Assembly (NCBI RefSeq): GCF_039654945.1
Contig: NW_027361681.1
Location: 14,260,001 to 14,324,000, forward strand
DNA length: 64,000 bases
From: Dendrobates tinctorius
Taxonomy: Eukaryota
Direction: 5' to 3'
The notes beneath the pieces are model-generated. The model saw only the letters and a program-made list of their open reading frames with translations, was not told the origin of the DNA and did no database searches. The position numbers and the translations under genes were made by a program. Below, piece after piece: positions 26,235-38,366 of the stretch. The first letter of the stretch is position 1; each line of letters begins with the position of its first letter.

Positions 26235-27208
26235 AACTCAATCCAACCTTACGGATCGAGGAATGGCCTCAGAGACAGAGCCCATAATAGATCCTGTAGG
26301 GGATGAGGTGGCTGGCCCATCTTCTCCCTCTACAAGAAGGATGGCAGAAGATGAGGCATCACAGGACAACCCATTGGCTGCCCAACACACAACACCACCA
26401 GGACGGTCTGCTGCTGCCCCATCACCCATCCTGGAAGAGCCGGGCAACTTGAGCAGCAGCCCAACTGGCCATATCAGGGGATCCCCACAGGCTGCTCTAG
26501 CATCACGGCGAACAAGAAGAAGGCGCCAGGTCACTATTCAAGAGAGCAGGACCAATGTGGACACAGGGGTGCTCAATTATTTATCTAGAGTAACTACAGA
26601 TGATGGGGAGGAGGCCTACTCACGTAGCCTGACCCTTTATCTCCGTGCCCTTTCCGTGAGGTCAGGCTCCGTATTAGGGGATGTTTTCAGATCCTGCTTG
26701 AAGCAAGCACCCCCCCAATACCCCATATGAGCTTTTCAAATATCTGGAGAGGTGGCAGCTCTCCCCCAGAAATCTAATGCGCATGAGACCATCCACACAG
26801 ATGCTTGCTCAAGCAGGGTTCGAACATCCTCTAATACGTGGGCCTACACCTCAACCCCTTCCTCCCACTACCCAACCTTCTATTCAGCAGCCACAAATGT
26901 CAGCCTCTAGCCAACCCCACCAATATGGCCACTTGTACCCACCCAGTGTTGGAGGCTGGTCCCAACCTGGTTGGGGACGATCTGGCTATCTTGGTGGGTA
27001 TGAGCCAAGTGCCTACCACAGCCAACAAGATGCCCCTCACCATCATCAATACTATGGCCAGTATCCCCAACAGTCCCAGGAGGCAGGACAATTCCAACAT
27101 CATGGGCAACAGTATGGCCCCACACAGGGCGATGTTGGCCACAGTGTCCAGCAGCACCCACAGGCTGCTCTTTCACGCTCCCCTTCCCCAACCTATGAGG
27201 ATTTATAA
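26235..27208 (+). pseudogene. Harbinger ORF2 (MADF/Myb-SANT partner), last exon, frameshifted
   Basis: ACAG acceptor then (R)TQSNL; low-complexity linker; BESS-like segment with a frameshift near 26650; Q/P/H-rich tail. The N-terminal DNA-binding exon is absent. Confidence 0.6.
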
Positions 27209-28121
27209 GTCTGATGGCCGTAGATGTCCAGTGCGGTTTAACTGGTGCTCCAAATACAAATAAAAAAACAGGTGTTCTCCATCACCAAACGTTGTTACCT
27301 AATTTTACATTCTAATTTTTTCACAATGTCTTCCAATCATATTAAAGAATCCATCAAGACAGGCAAGGCTACCTCACGCCTTTCAGACAGATATTACATG
27401 TGTGTACAAAAGAGAATATTTAAACGCGCTATACTGTAAAGTCACAGGATGAAAATACACTACTCACTTGCTAATGCCTAGGAAAGGCGTGCTCGCCTTA
27501 GTGAAGTAGTCACCTTTTTTGCTAGCAATCTATAGTAACAAATCAAGGCGACCAGCCTTCAGAATATCACGCTCTCTCTATGTCTTAACAAGTGAGTTTT
27601 GTTTTTTCATCCTTTCCAGTATAGCATGCTTAAATATTGTCTGTTCTACAGACAGGTAATATCTGTCTGAAAGCCGTGAGGTAGCCTTGCCTGTCATGGT
27701 GGAATATTTCTATGATTGGAAAACATTCTGATGAAATGTGAGTGTTATCTTTTAGCATTATTTTTGGTGATGGAGCTCACCTATTTTTTTCCTTTCTAGT
27801 TTAATATTCTCATGCAGCAATGTTGTTATTGCCTAATGTTTTTTTGGGTTATGTTATGTAATGTTACTTTTCAAAAAAGTTTAAGAAGGCACAAAGGGCC
27901 ATTTTGCCCATTGCCAAAATGTTCATATGGTAATATTGTGTTTGCCTTTAAGAAACCAAAAAAAAGGCAAAACTAAAAATTTGTCTACTATAGTTAACGT
28001 CTCTGTGTGATTTTTCAAAAACCCTGTCAACATACTAACATACACTAACCAATGCAATGAAACAGTCATAGACTCATAAGGGGTTGAGTAATATATATTT
28101 AGACACACTTAAAGAAACAAA

Positions 28122-29637
28122 TTATAACATAGACACAGCATGCTCTTGCCAAGAAGTTGCCCCCTCAGGTGAGATAAAGTAATTAGTGAAAATATCACGC
28201 ACTTTGAGGCCAGAGAGCGATCTACGTTGAGGGATGATAGGTGGTCTCACCCTGCGCACATTGTCCGGCCTACGCACAACACCATCAGAGGAGGAGCAAT
28301 CATGTATCCTGGTGAAGTTATGCAGAACAACACATGCTTTCACAACTTCATTCACATTTTGTTCACTCAACTGAATGGCAGACTGGAGTACCCGCCATTT
28401 GGCACAAAGAATCCCAAAGGAACACTCCACCAGTCGCCTAGCACGTGATAGGCGCAAGTTAAAAATTCTGCGCCTGTGGTCAAGGTTGCGCCGGGGATAT
28501 GGCCTCATGACATTGCGCAATAACTGAAAGGCCTCATCTGCCACAAGGACATAAGGGACAGATTGTTCGGGGGAGCCTGGTAGTTGGCGTGGTGGTGGTA
28601 GATCCAACTGGTTGGTGCGTAGCCGCCGACCCATTATGGAAGTATTGAAGACTCTAGAGTCTCCCGTCCTTCCATAGGCCCCAATGTCAACAATTATAAA
28701 CTTGTATTGAGGGTCTACCAGAGCCAACAATACAACAGAAAAGTATTGCTTATAATTGAAGAATTGGGAGCCAGAGTTCGGCGGCTTACGCACCCGGATA
28801 TGTTTGCCATCCAGGGCCCCAATACAATTTGGAAACTGGCAGTCCTCCTCAAAGTCCCTTGATATCCTCAACCAGTCTTCCATCCTGGGCTCGGGCATGA
28901 CCACTTGATGGAGTCTTGTCCAGATTTCTGTGCATGTAGACCTCACTATGCCTGAAATGGTTGATCTTCCAATGAGAAACTCATGGTGGAGGGCGGCATA
29001 AGACAGGCCAGTGGACAGGAAGCTGTAGAACAACATAAATTGGTAAGTTTAGAATGCATAAAGTCCAAAAACATCAGTTACATGCCGACCAAACTTGGTA
29101 GGAATTGAGAGAGAATAACACACACATATTTGGTGGCACAATGACTAAGTGATATGCTGGACATATTAGAGCTAACATTCTGGTGTGTAAGTTGAAACAT
29201 ATTTGGAGTAAGATGAGGGCATTAAACTTTGTCCAAGAAGGCCAAAAACATAATTTAGCACACACATTAGGAATATAGAGAATGTGGTTGTGTAGTACAT
29301 ACCGTATTGTGAGTAGAAGTCGCTCCTCTGCAGATATCGCTTTGCGCATCCTTGTGTCCGGAAATGTTATCCCAGGGCGCACTGTCTCCAAGAGTCGATC
29401 AAATGTGGAAATGCTCATGCGACAGTATTGGTAGAATTTCCCCGGATGCTGCCTCAGAGAAGAATAGAGGCGGTGAAAATGACCTCTTGTGAGTCGTTGC
29501 CTCAAAAGTGGATGGACCCACATGCGTCTCCTCCTCCGCGGATCCACTATCACAGGATATGGTTGCCCAAAGCGCCGTGACAAAAGCCAGGTAAAGAGAA
29601 CCTGCTCAGTTGTGTTGAATCTCAGACCCTCTGCCAT
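28122..29637 (-). CDS. Harbinger (HARBI1-like) DDE transposase, 2 exons (29637-29303 and 29022-28122), 411 aa, intact
   Basis: GT-AG splicing gives LLLTIR/FLSTGLSY; catalytic motifs GALDGKH, VADEAF and LVECSFG; no stops. Confidence 0.88.
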
Positions 29638-31207
29638 GTTTCACAAAGAACACCAACACACCTCGTGAAAGCAAGGTCACAAATGGACAGAATGGAGGCA
29701 GCCACCTGTTTCTGAGTGTCTAAATAGGGTGCAGGCTAATGATTTAAATTGTTTGCAGGCCTCAAAACCGTTAAATGTCCATTTTGCAAGGCTGCGAGAA
29801 AATCTCGCCATACGGATGCCATACGGATGCCATACGGATTACATACGGATGCACACATGCGCAAAATACGCGACCTCACCTGGCTTACGGATGACCTACG
29901 GAGCACTATTTAGGGGTCATTCATCCGTATTACGCATGTAAACTACGGAGCGTATTTTGCGCAGGTTAGTGTGACTCCAGCCTTAGAATCCACCTCTTTA
30001 AAAAACGTTTTACTGCAAATCTTGGAATCCCTGATAAAAAATGTGATGTCTAAAAAATCCATGGACTGATTATTAACATGTGGGGTAAAAGTCAAGCCCC
30101 ATGGATTATTCTGGATGGAACAAATAAGTACACCCACATCTAAAACGTCATTGTCCCAGATTAAGAACAGGTCATCAATGTATCTTCTGTATAAAATGAT
30201 GCCTTCTTTTGTTCAAAGACCCCCATGAAAAGATTTGCATACGTTGGTGCTATTCGTGATCCCATAGCGGAGATTTCAGTAAAGCCACCATTTATCCCAT
30301 TGATCACATACCAGACCACATCCCTAATAGGTTTCAATCACTATGCAGAAAGGAAGTTTTTTGGATCTACAAACTCAAATCTATTGAGCCCAATGGTCTT
30401 TTTTATTGATTTTATTTTGACCCTGTGTTTTAATAACTTATCTTTTCATTTCCTTTATATCATCATCTTAGTTTTTAAAGAAAATTTTTTTTAAAATTTT
30501 TTACCTATGACTGTATTTAATTCAGAGTTCTACTATTTAACTTTCTTTCCGGACCTTCACTGTCCACTACCACAGTGGTTCCATACAGGTCACATCTACT
30601 CTTGTTTTCTTCACATTTTTAGCGATTTTATGCTTTTTTATCAGTGGCGCCACCGTGTGGTCAATTAGCAGTAATGTTATTCTTCATTCTTCACTTGTTT
30701 TCCTATTCAACGCCTCCACAAAAAATAATCAAAAATTTTTTTTTTTTTATTATTAAGTCTCAACACTTAATTTTTATATTACCTATTCCAGAGTTTCTTC
30801 TTGTTGTTCTTCTCTTTTCTCCACCTAGAAAAAAGATATTTGAGACTAGTTTTCGCTATTTATACATGATTTTAACCATTTTCTTCTTACTTTTCAGTTT
30901 CACATGTAGCATAGTGGACTAATACCATGAGTTATATCCTCTGAGGCACGTTCTAATCCACCCCAGGACTCGAGAGCCATTTTTTAATCTTTTACCTCTT
31001 GATCCCTCCGTGTCTTTTTTTAATCACGTTTTTTATACTAACACTCTTTTTATGGCATTTTAAACATCGTTTTTAATATGGTTGTAATAAAGTTTTATTG
31101 TTTTGTATGATTCATGTATATGTATCCATGCTGATGTGTCACCCCACTATTCTTGGTGCCTCCCCTTTTTTTTTTTTTTGTACATATACCCCTGCAATTC
31201 TGTAACA

Positions 31208-31253
31208 TGCCCTGATGAAGTGAGCTGGGACTGGCTCAGGAAACGCGTTGGCA
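31208..31253 (+). ncRNA. Minimal type I hammerhead ribozyme motif (inverted copy)
   Basis: TGCC-CTGATGA-AG-TGAGCTG GGAC TGGCTCA-G-GAAAC-GCGT-T-GGCA. Confidence 0.7.
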
Positions 31254-34200
31254 ATAAAGATATCTTGAATTCTACCACAGCAGCGCAGTCTCTTATTGCA
31301 CTACCAGCCTTCTCTTTATAGATACCATGCTTGGCACATACACTCAACTTGGTAGTTCAGCGGTTTGTGAAAACATACCCAATTTGCCAGTTTCTTGTCA
31401 AGGTACGCAGCGTCAGCTCCCATTTCCACAAGTCGGGTACAGCTGCCGCCGATCTGGCAGTGCTGCAGCAGCGCATGCAAGTGCCAGCTCACCAACTAGT
31501 GTGCGATGTCACCACTTGCTGAAACTTCACACTGCACATGTTGGCAAGGCTTTGTGACCAGAAGACGCCAGTGGTTGAGTAGTAGCTCCAACACGACAAC
31601 TGAAGAGTGGGAATGGATGTCTGATATTTGTTTGGTTCTCCAAGATTTTGAGGACTCCACAAGGATGGTGAGTGGCGATGAAGCCATAGTCAGCACAACT
31701 ATCCTGCTTCTGTCTACTTAAAGTCGCTGGTCACGATTAAACATGAAGCTTTGCATGCGTACCAAGTAGGGATGGAGGAAGATATAACAAAAAGAGATTG
31801 TAGCCAACCCAGCCTCATCTCATCTGCTCAGTGAGGATTAGGTAAGGATGAGGAGGTGGATACTGAGGAGAAACAGGAGCTGGTGGCTAGCGCAACAGAG
31901 TCTAGTAGCCATATAACCTTTGTCCTGTCTCTCGTACGTGGATGGGAATAAGAAGGAAGAGACAGAAGAGATGGAGAGTCGTCATCATGGTGGAGGCAAG
32001 GAAGTGTTGGCTGTATGGAGCATAGCACATATGGCCGACTTTATGTACAGCTGCCTTTCCAGTGATCCTCGCATTACGTTGATTCTTGGCCAAAAAAATA
32101 CTAGTTGTTCACTCTGCTAGACCCACATTACAATGAGATCTATGCATCTCTTCTTCCTGAGGTAGAGATGTCTTCTAAAATGGTGCTATACCAAAAGGCC
32201 AATGTGGCAAATATCTTGAAAAATTTCCCATCAGACAAACGCTAGCGGCAGTGGGCAAGCTTCCTTGCCCAACCAAGGAGGAGAGCCTAGGGAGACAAAA
32301 AGCAGAGTGATGGGTGCACTGTAAAAGGTGTGGGCCACTTTCTTGACACCAGCCCAGGGCCTGATGACTGGGTATTTTTGACAAAGAAGGAAACATTTTT
32401 AGTCAAACAATACCTGGCCGACCAAACCAGCGTACTCCCTAATTCTTCTTCGAATTTCTAACTAATGGATCGCAAAGCTGAACACCTGGCATGAGCTGTC
32501 CCGCTATGCCTTGGAGGAGTTGTGCTGCCCTGCCACTAGTCTAGTCTGAGTGTATTTTTAGTGCTGCCGAGGGGATCATAACAGACAGGCACTTCCGCCT
32601 GTCAACAGAGAATGCAGACAGGCTCACTCTCATAGAAATGAACTAAGCCTGGATTAGCCCACACTTTATCACACCACCAGATTACAGCAGCACATAAAGC
32701 GTTTATAATATTCAATATTTTGATGAGGCCTGGCAGTTGTTGCCTTTCAGGGGTCTATGAATGACCCTCCTCATAATCTCTGCCTGGCTTTGCACTTTCT
32801 GCAAAGCCTTTATTACTGTATAAGTACAACTACACTTTCAAAATATATTCGGTCAAAATTTTTTATGGATTCAATGACTCATCCATACAGTTTAACACGG
32901 TTATTGTTGCATTATGATGGTATGTAAAACTTACAAAAAAGCGTAGAAAAATTTCAGGATTAGATTACTTATCCATACAGTATTACGTGCTTTCTGTCAC
33001 ATTTTGGTGGTATACGAGCTCGTATAACAGCAGAAAAAGACTTTGAAAAGTTAGTGTGTTTCTTCACATTTCTTACCCATACACTATTCCATGTTCTGGG
33101 TACATTTTTGCAATATATAACACTAAAAATAAAGTGTAAAAATTTTGCTGGGTTACATTTCTCAGCGATACTGTATTACGTGTTCTTGGGTACATTTTGC
33201 TGGTATATAACCCTCAAAAAATGTATTAAAAAATTATTCGCTATTATAATGCTCACCTATAGACTATTCCGTGGTCTGGAGTACATTTCGTTGCTATATA
33301 ACCCTCAAAAAACTTGTTCAAAATTTATTGGTAATATATTCCTCATCCATAGGGTATTACATCTTTTTGGGTACAATTCGTTGGTACATAGCCCTCAAAA
33401 ACTTGATCAAAATTTAGGCTGTGTGCACACATTGCAGATATGGTGCTTTTTTGTGTAATTTTTTCTGCGTGGATTTGTGATAAAAGAAGAAGCCAGCAAG
33501 GTGAATGAATGGTGCACAAAATAATCTGCAGCATGTCAATTCTCATTGCGTTTTTGCCCTTCGTTTATCAACATTCACTTCACTCAAATCAATCAAAAAC
33601 ATGCCTTTCTGCAGATGCGTATTTCCAGCCAAGAGATGCAGAAATTTTAATCAACATGTGCACATAAACTTATTGGTGTTATGTTACTCACCCACAGACT
33701 ATTTTGTGATCTGGAGTACATTTCCTTGGTATATAACCCTCAAAAGTGCACAGCCTTTATGAGTCTAGGAGAACCAATACATGACAATTTGAACAGAATG
33801 TGTATGAGGCCCTCCTTTTTGTCTAATATAGAGTGTATCTGAGTCCCTTATTTTTGGCAGTTTCTGATTCCTTCATAAATGAAGATGAAATTTCCTATTT
33901 TTTTTTAATAAAAAAATCTATTTTAGTTTACTTAAATTATATTTTTTACATCCTTTTTAAGTTTTCCCTTATATACAAGTCATTATACAGGAAAAACTGT
34001 TTCTTAACATTTTTTTTCCTGTAAAATGCAATTTCTCGTCAGTTTGGAATGTTTTATTGCCACTCCTTAAAGTGAAGTAAAAGTGTGACACCATTATTCT
34101 CAGCAGCGATCTGGGAGTCAGAGATGCTTCCGGGTGTCTTCCCCATGCTGTTCTCGTTCCAATCAGCACCCTTCCCATCCACTTGAACATTTTAAATGCA

Positions 34201-34911
34201 CCCAGACCTCTTTGTAGGGTCAGCCAGAAAAAAAGCTTAGCTTTCTCATTGACTCCCATTATACTTGTTACTTGAAACGAGCATGTGAGTATTAGGAATT
34301 GTTCGGTTCAAGCAACGAGCACCCAAGCATTTTAGTGCTCACTCATGAGACAGGAAAAAAGTATCGAACACACTTACTGAAATTTATTTAATACTTCAAA
34401 CAAAAGCCATGTGTATGGAGAAACTAGTCGCATGCATTGCTTAGGTGTGATTTTGGCCCATTCTTCCACACACTCTTCAAATCCTAAAGGTCTCGTGCGC
34501 TCCTTCTACGGACTTTGAGCTTTAGTTGATTCTATAAATTTTCTATTGGATTCAGGTCCTGTGATTGGCTCGACCATTGTATCAGCTTTATTTTTTTTCT
34601 CTGAAACCAATTGAGTTTCCTTGGCTGTATGTTTGGGATCATTGTCTTGCTGAAATGCCCACCCTTGTTTCATCTTCATCATCCTGGTAGATGGCAGATT
34701 TTTATCAATTTTGCCAGTGCCATATGCTGAATAACAGCTCCACACCATGATGTTCCCATTTCCAAACTTCACTGTTAGTATGGTGTAGTGATATGTAGTG
34801 TTTTCTGGCCTCCAAACATTGTGTGTATTATGACATGCAAAGAGTGCAATTTTGGTCTCATATGACCAGACTATATTCTCCCAGTATTTCACAGGCTTGT
34901 CTAAATGTTGT

Positions 34912-35400
34912 GGACCTGTCAGCAGTTTTGGTCGATATAAGATGCGGCCACTGTCTTTCAGGGTTTATCTACAGCATTCTATAATGCTGTAGATAAGCCC
35001 CTGGTCTGACCTGAAAGATAAGAAAAATAAGTTTTATTATACTCACCCGAGGTCAGTCCGGTCCGATGGGTGTCGATGGTCTTGGTCCGGCGCCTCCCAT
35101 CTTCTTGCGACGCCACCTTCCAACTTTCTTCATCGCTCCCGGCATCGTGAACCTGCGCAGGTGTACTTATCTGCCCTGTTGAGGGAAGAGTAAAGTACTG
35201 CAGTGCGCAGGTGCCGGGAGAGGTGAGAGAGGCCCAGCGCCTGCGCACTGCAGTACTTTGCTATGCCCTCAACAGGGCAAATAAGTACGCCTGCGCAGGA
35301 GCGCGATGCCGGGGAACGATGAAACAACAGGAGGGCGGCATAGCAAGAAGATGGGAGGCGCCAGACCTGCGACACCCATCGGACCGGACCGCCCCAATGT
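34912..35400. mobile_element. T2-type MITE fragment inside Tc1
   Basis: Internal palindrome centred near 35220; a related fragment lies at 10441-10660. Confidence 0.6.
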
Positions 35401-38366
35401 CATTTCTCATTATTACATATAACTTCATTTATGGACAGCTATGGTTTGATTTCTTTGCCTGTATTGGATGGGTTGTTATCGACACTTTGTGAGAATTTTA
35501 TGTGAATAGCACCTTTAGAAATATATTTACTTTGAAAATTGTTGACGTGTTCAATAATTATTTCACCCGCTGTACAGCTATACAGTTACAGGAGGGAATG
35601 TACCTGAGACATAAACCTAATAGCTCTTCTGCGGGTGTCCGAGCGTGGTGATTTCTTCCATGGGCTCAGACATATATAAGATTCCACTGTCCATCCTGGG
35701 TCAATGGAAGAGCTAGGGAGAAGAGTGAGAGGTCAGTCATCTGTCCCTATAAAGAGAAACTGAGCAGCCAACACTATACCCATATACAAAGGGAAACTAA
35801 AACTGAATCTCCAAATTATCTATTGACACCAACAGCAGGTATGGTGCCTCTCACAATTATCAGCGTAGAGATATAAGAAATGGGGGAGAAAAGGGGCAAA
35901 AGAAAAATAAAAACAATAAAAATATTAACTCGTCTAACTGACACTGCATATGTGGAGAGTGATCTTACTTTCACCCAGTACTGCGACAGCGAAAAGTCAA
36001 CTCTGCATGGGCCACTAACATCATCTTGAGGTCACATCTTCAGCTTCCTTGAAGACTTTCCCAGGTTTCTTAGCACCTTCAATCTCCCCTGACGCATTTA
36101 TTTTATGACACCTGATCTAACCTCCTGTTCACAAATCCTGAGCCATTCTGCCACCTTCTTCTGCCAATGCAACTACTATGCAAAATATATGTCCATATAT
36201 ATATACTGTATATCCTCATGATTCTCACTTGGTCTGACATGCACTGTGAGCAGTGAGGTCTTATATAGACAGATCTGTGCCTTGCCACAATTCTGTCTCT
36301 GAGCTCCTTAGTAAGTTCCTTTGACCTCATGATTCTCATTTGATCTGACATGACCTCATGATTCTCATTTTATCTGACATGCACTGTGAGCTGTGAACTC
36401 TTATATAGACAGGGGTGTGCCTTTACAAATCAAGTCCTATCAGTTTAATTAAACACAGCTGGACTCCAATGAAGGAGTAGAACCATCTCAAGGAGGATCA
36501 CAATGAAATGGACAGGATGTGACTTAAATATGAGTGTCTCACCAAAGGGTCCAAATACTTATGACCACGTGATATTTCAGTTTTTCTTTTTTTAATAAAT
36601 TTGCAAAAAGGTCTACAATTCTGTTTTTCAGACAAGGCGGGGTGCAGAGTGTACATTAACCCCTTTCCTACATTAGACGTACTATTCCCTCCATGTGACC
36701 TAAGTCCCAAGGACGGAATAGTTCGTCATAGCGATCAGGGGCGCCCCCTGTGGGGAGCGCCGCTGATCGCGGCCGGGTGTCAGCTTATCACAGCTGACAC
36801 CCGGCACGTTAACCCCTGGCACACCGCGATCAAACGTGATCGCAGTGTACCAGGGGCATAGGAGAGAAGCGCACAGGGAGGGGTTTCCCTCCGTGCTTCC
36901 CTGAGACCCCCTGAGCAGCACGATCCAATATGGCGGCGGGGGCCTGCAGGGAGCCGGCTTCCTCACTGCCTGCAGAGCGCAGGCATGAGGAAGCCTATGC
37001 AGCGCCTGTGTCAGATCGCTGATCAGTCACATGACAGTGATGTCCCCCCTGGGACAGTGTAATAAAGTTAAAATAAAAAAGAAAATGTAAAAATAATTTA
37101 TAAAAAATAGCTAATTTAAAAAAAATATATATATATATATTCCCTAATAAATGCATTTTTTGAAAATAAAAAAAAACAATTAAGGTACACATATTTGGTA
37201 TCGCCGCGTCCGTAAAGACCCACCCTATAAAACTGTCCCACTAGTTAACCCCTTTATTGAACCCCTTAAAAAATAAAAAACGAAGGAAAAAATAATGCTT
37301 TATCATCATACCGCCGAACAAAATGTGCAATAACGCGCGATCAAAAAGACCGACATAAATATCCATGGTACCGCTGAAAACGTCATCTTGTCCCGCAAAA
37401 AATGAGCCGCCATACAGCGTAATCAGCGAAAAAATATAAAATTGTTTTCATAGCATAAAAGCGCCAAAACATAAAAAAACTACATAAATGAGGTATCGCT
37501 GTAACCGTACCGACTCGAAGAATAAAACCGCCTTATCAATGTTACCGCACGCGGAATGATGTAAATGCACCCCCCAAAAGAAATTCATGAAACGCTGATT
37601 TTTGTTCATTCTGCGTCCCAAAAATCGGAATAAAATGCGATCAAAAAAGTCACGTGCCCAAAAATGGTACCAATAAAAATGTCAACTTGTCCCGCAAAAA
37701 ATAAGACCTCACATGACTCAGTGGGTCAAAATATGGAAAAATTATAGCTCTCAAAATGTGGTCATGTATAAACTATTTTTACAATAAAGAGCGTCTTTTA
37801 GCGTGCGACAGCTGCCAAAAATAAAAAACCCACTATAAATAGTAAATCAAACCCCCGTTATCAGCCCTTAGGTTAAGGAAAAATAATAAAATAAAAAAAA
37901 AAAATGTATTTATTTCCATTTTCCCGTTAGGGTTAAGGCTGAGATTAGGGTTAGGGGTGTGTTGGGGTTAGAATTAGGGGGTTTCCACTGTTTTGGCACA
38001 TCAGGGGCTTTCCAAATGCTACATGTCATCCAATCTCAATTCCAGCCCAAAAAGTCAAATGGCGCTGCTTCCCTTCCGAGCTCTGCCATGCGCCCAAATA
38101 GTGGTTTACCCCCACATATGGGGTATCAGCGTACTCAGGACAAATTGCACAATAACTTTTGGGGTCCTGTTACCCTTGGGAAAATAAAAATGACAAGATC
38201 ATGTTTGTGGAAAAAATAAGATTTTTTAATTGTACGGCTGTACGTTATACTTCTGTAAAGCCCTTGGGGGTTCAAAGTGCTCACCACATATCTAGATAAG
38301 TTCCTTGGGGGGGGGGGTCTAGTTTCCAAAATTGGGTCACTTGTGGGGGGTTTCCACTGTTTAGGC

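Larger units (their letters stand above)
26210..29982. mobile_element. PIF/Harbinger transposon inserted in Penelope; one end deleted
   Basis: TIR GTGTGACTCCAGCC|TTA at the right end; convergent transposase and ORF2; no left TIR found. Confidence 0.85.
24344..31317 (-). mobile_element. 5'-truncated Penelope-like retroelement with inverted 3'-end duplication
   Basis: RT motifs AMGSRIAPTYANLFMG and RRYIDDLFLIW (~30160-30270). GIY-YIG domain with CCHH (25432-26079). ~1.07-kb inverted repeat 24511-25589 versus 30270-31317. 15-bp TSD ATAGATACCATGCTT. Confidence 0.9.
13199..34346 (+). mobile_element. Decayed hAT (ZBED-like) transposon nested in Tc1
   Basis: TAGGGATGAGC left end and GCTCACTCAT right remnant. 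Pseudo-transposase ~21910-24343 plus 31333-32650 has a BED finger (VWDFF), VHLTTDTWTS, IPCLAHTLNL, LVCDVTT and ECIFSAA motifs, with many stops. Subterminal tandem repeats at ~14880-15300 and ~32880-33760. Confidence 0.85.
13041..35572 (-). mobile_element. Tc1 transposon, outermost shell of a 22.5-kb nest
   Basis: TA|CAGCAAGTGAAATAAGTATTCAACACGTCAACAATTT ... AATTGTTGACGTGTTCAATAATTATTTCACCCGCTG|TA; transposase remnant at 34506-34892 ([19 protein letters not shown]). Confidence 0.85.

Noticed and set aside
21910-32650. Domesticated ZBED host gene
   Set aside because: Many stops, frameshifts and insertions; bounded by transposon ends.
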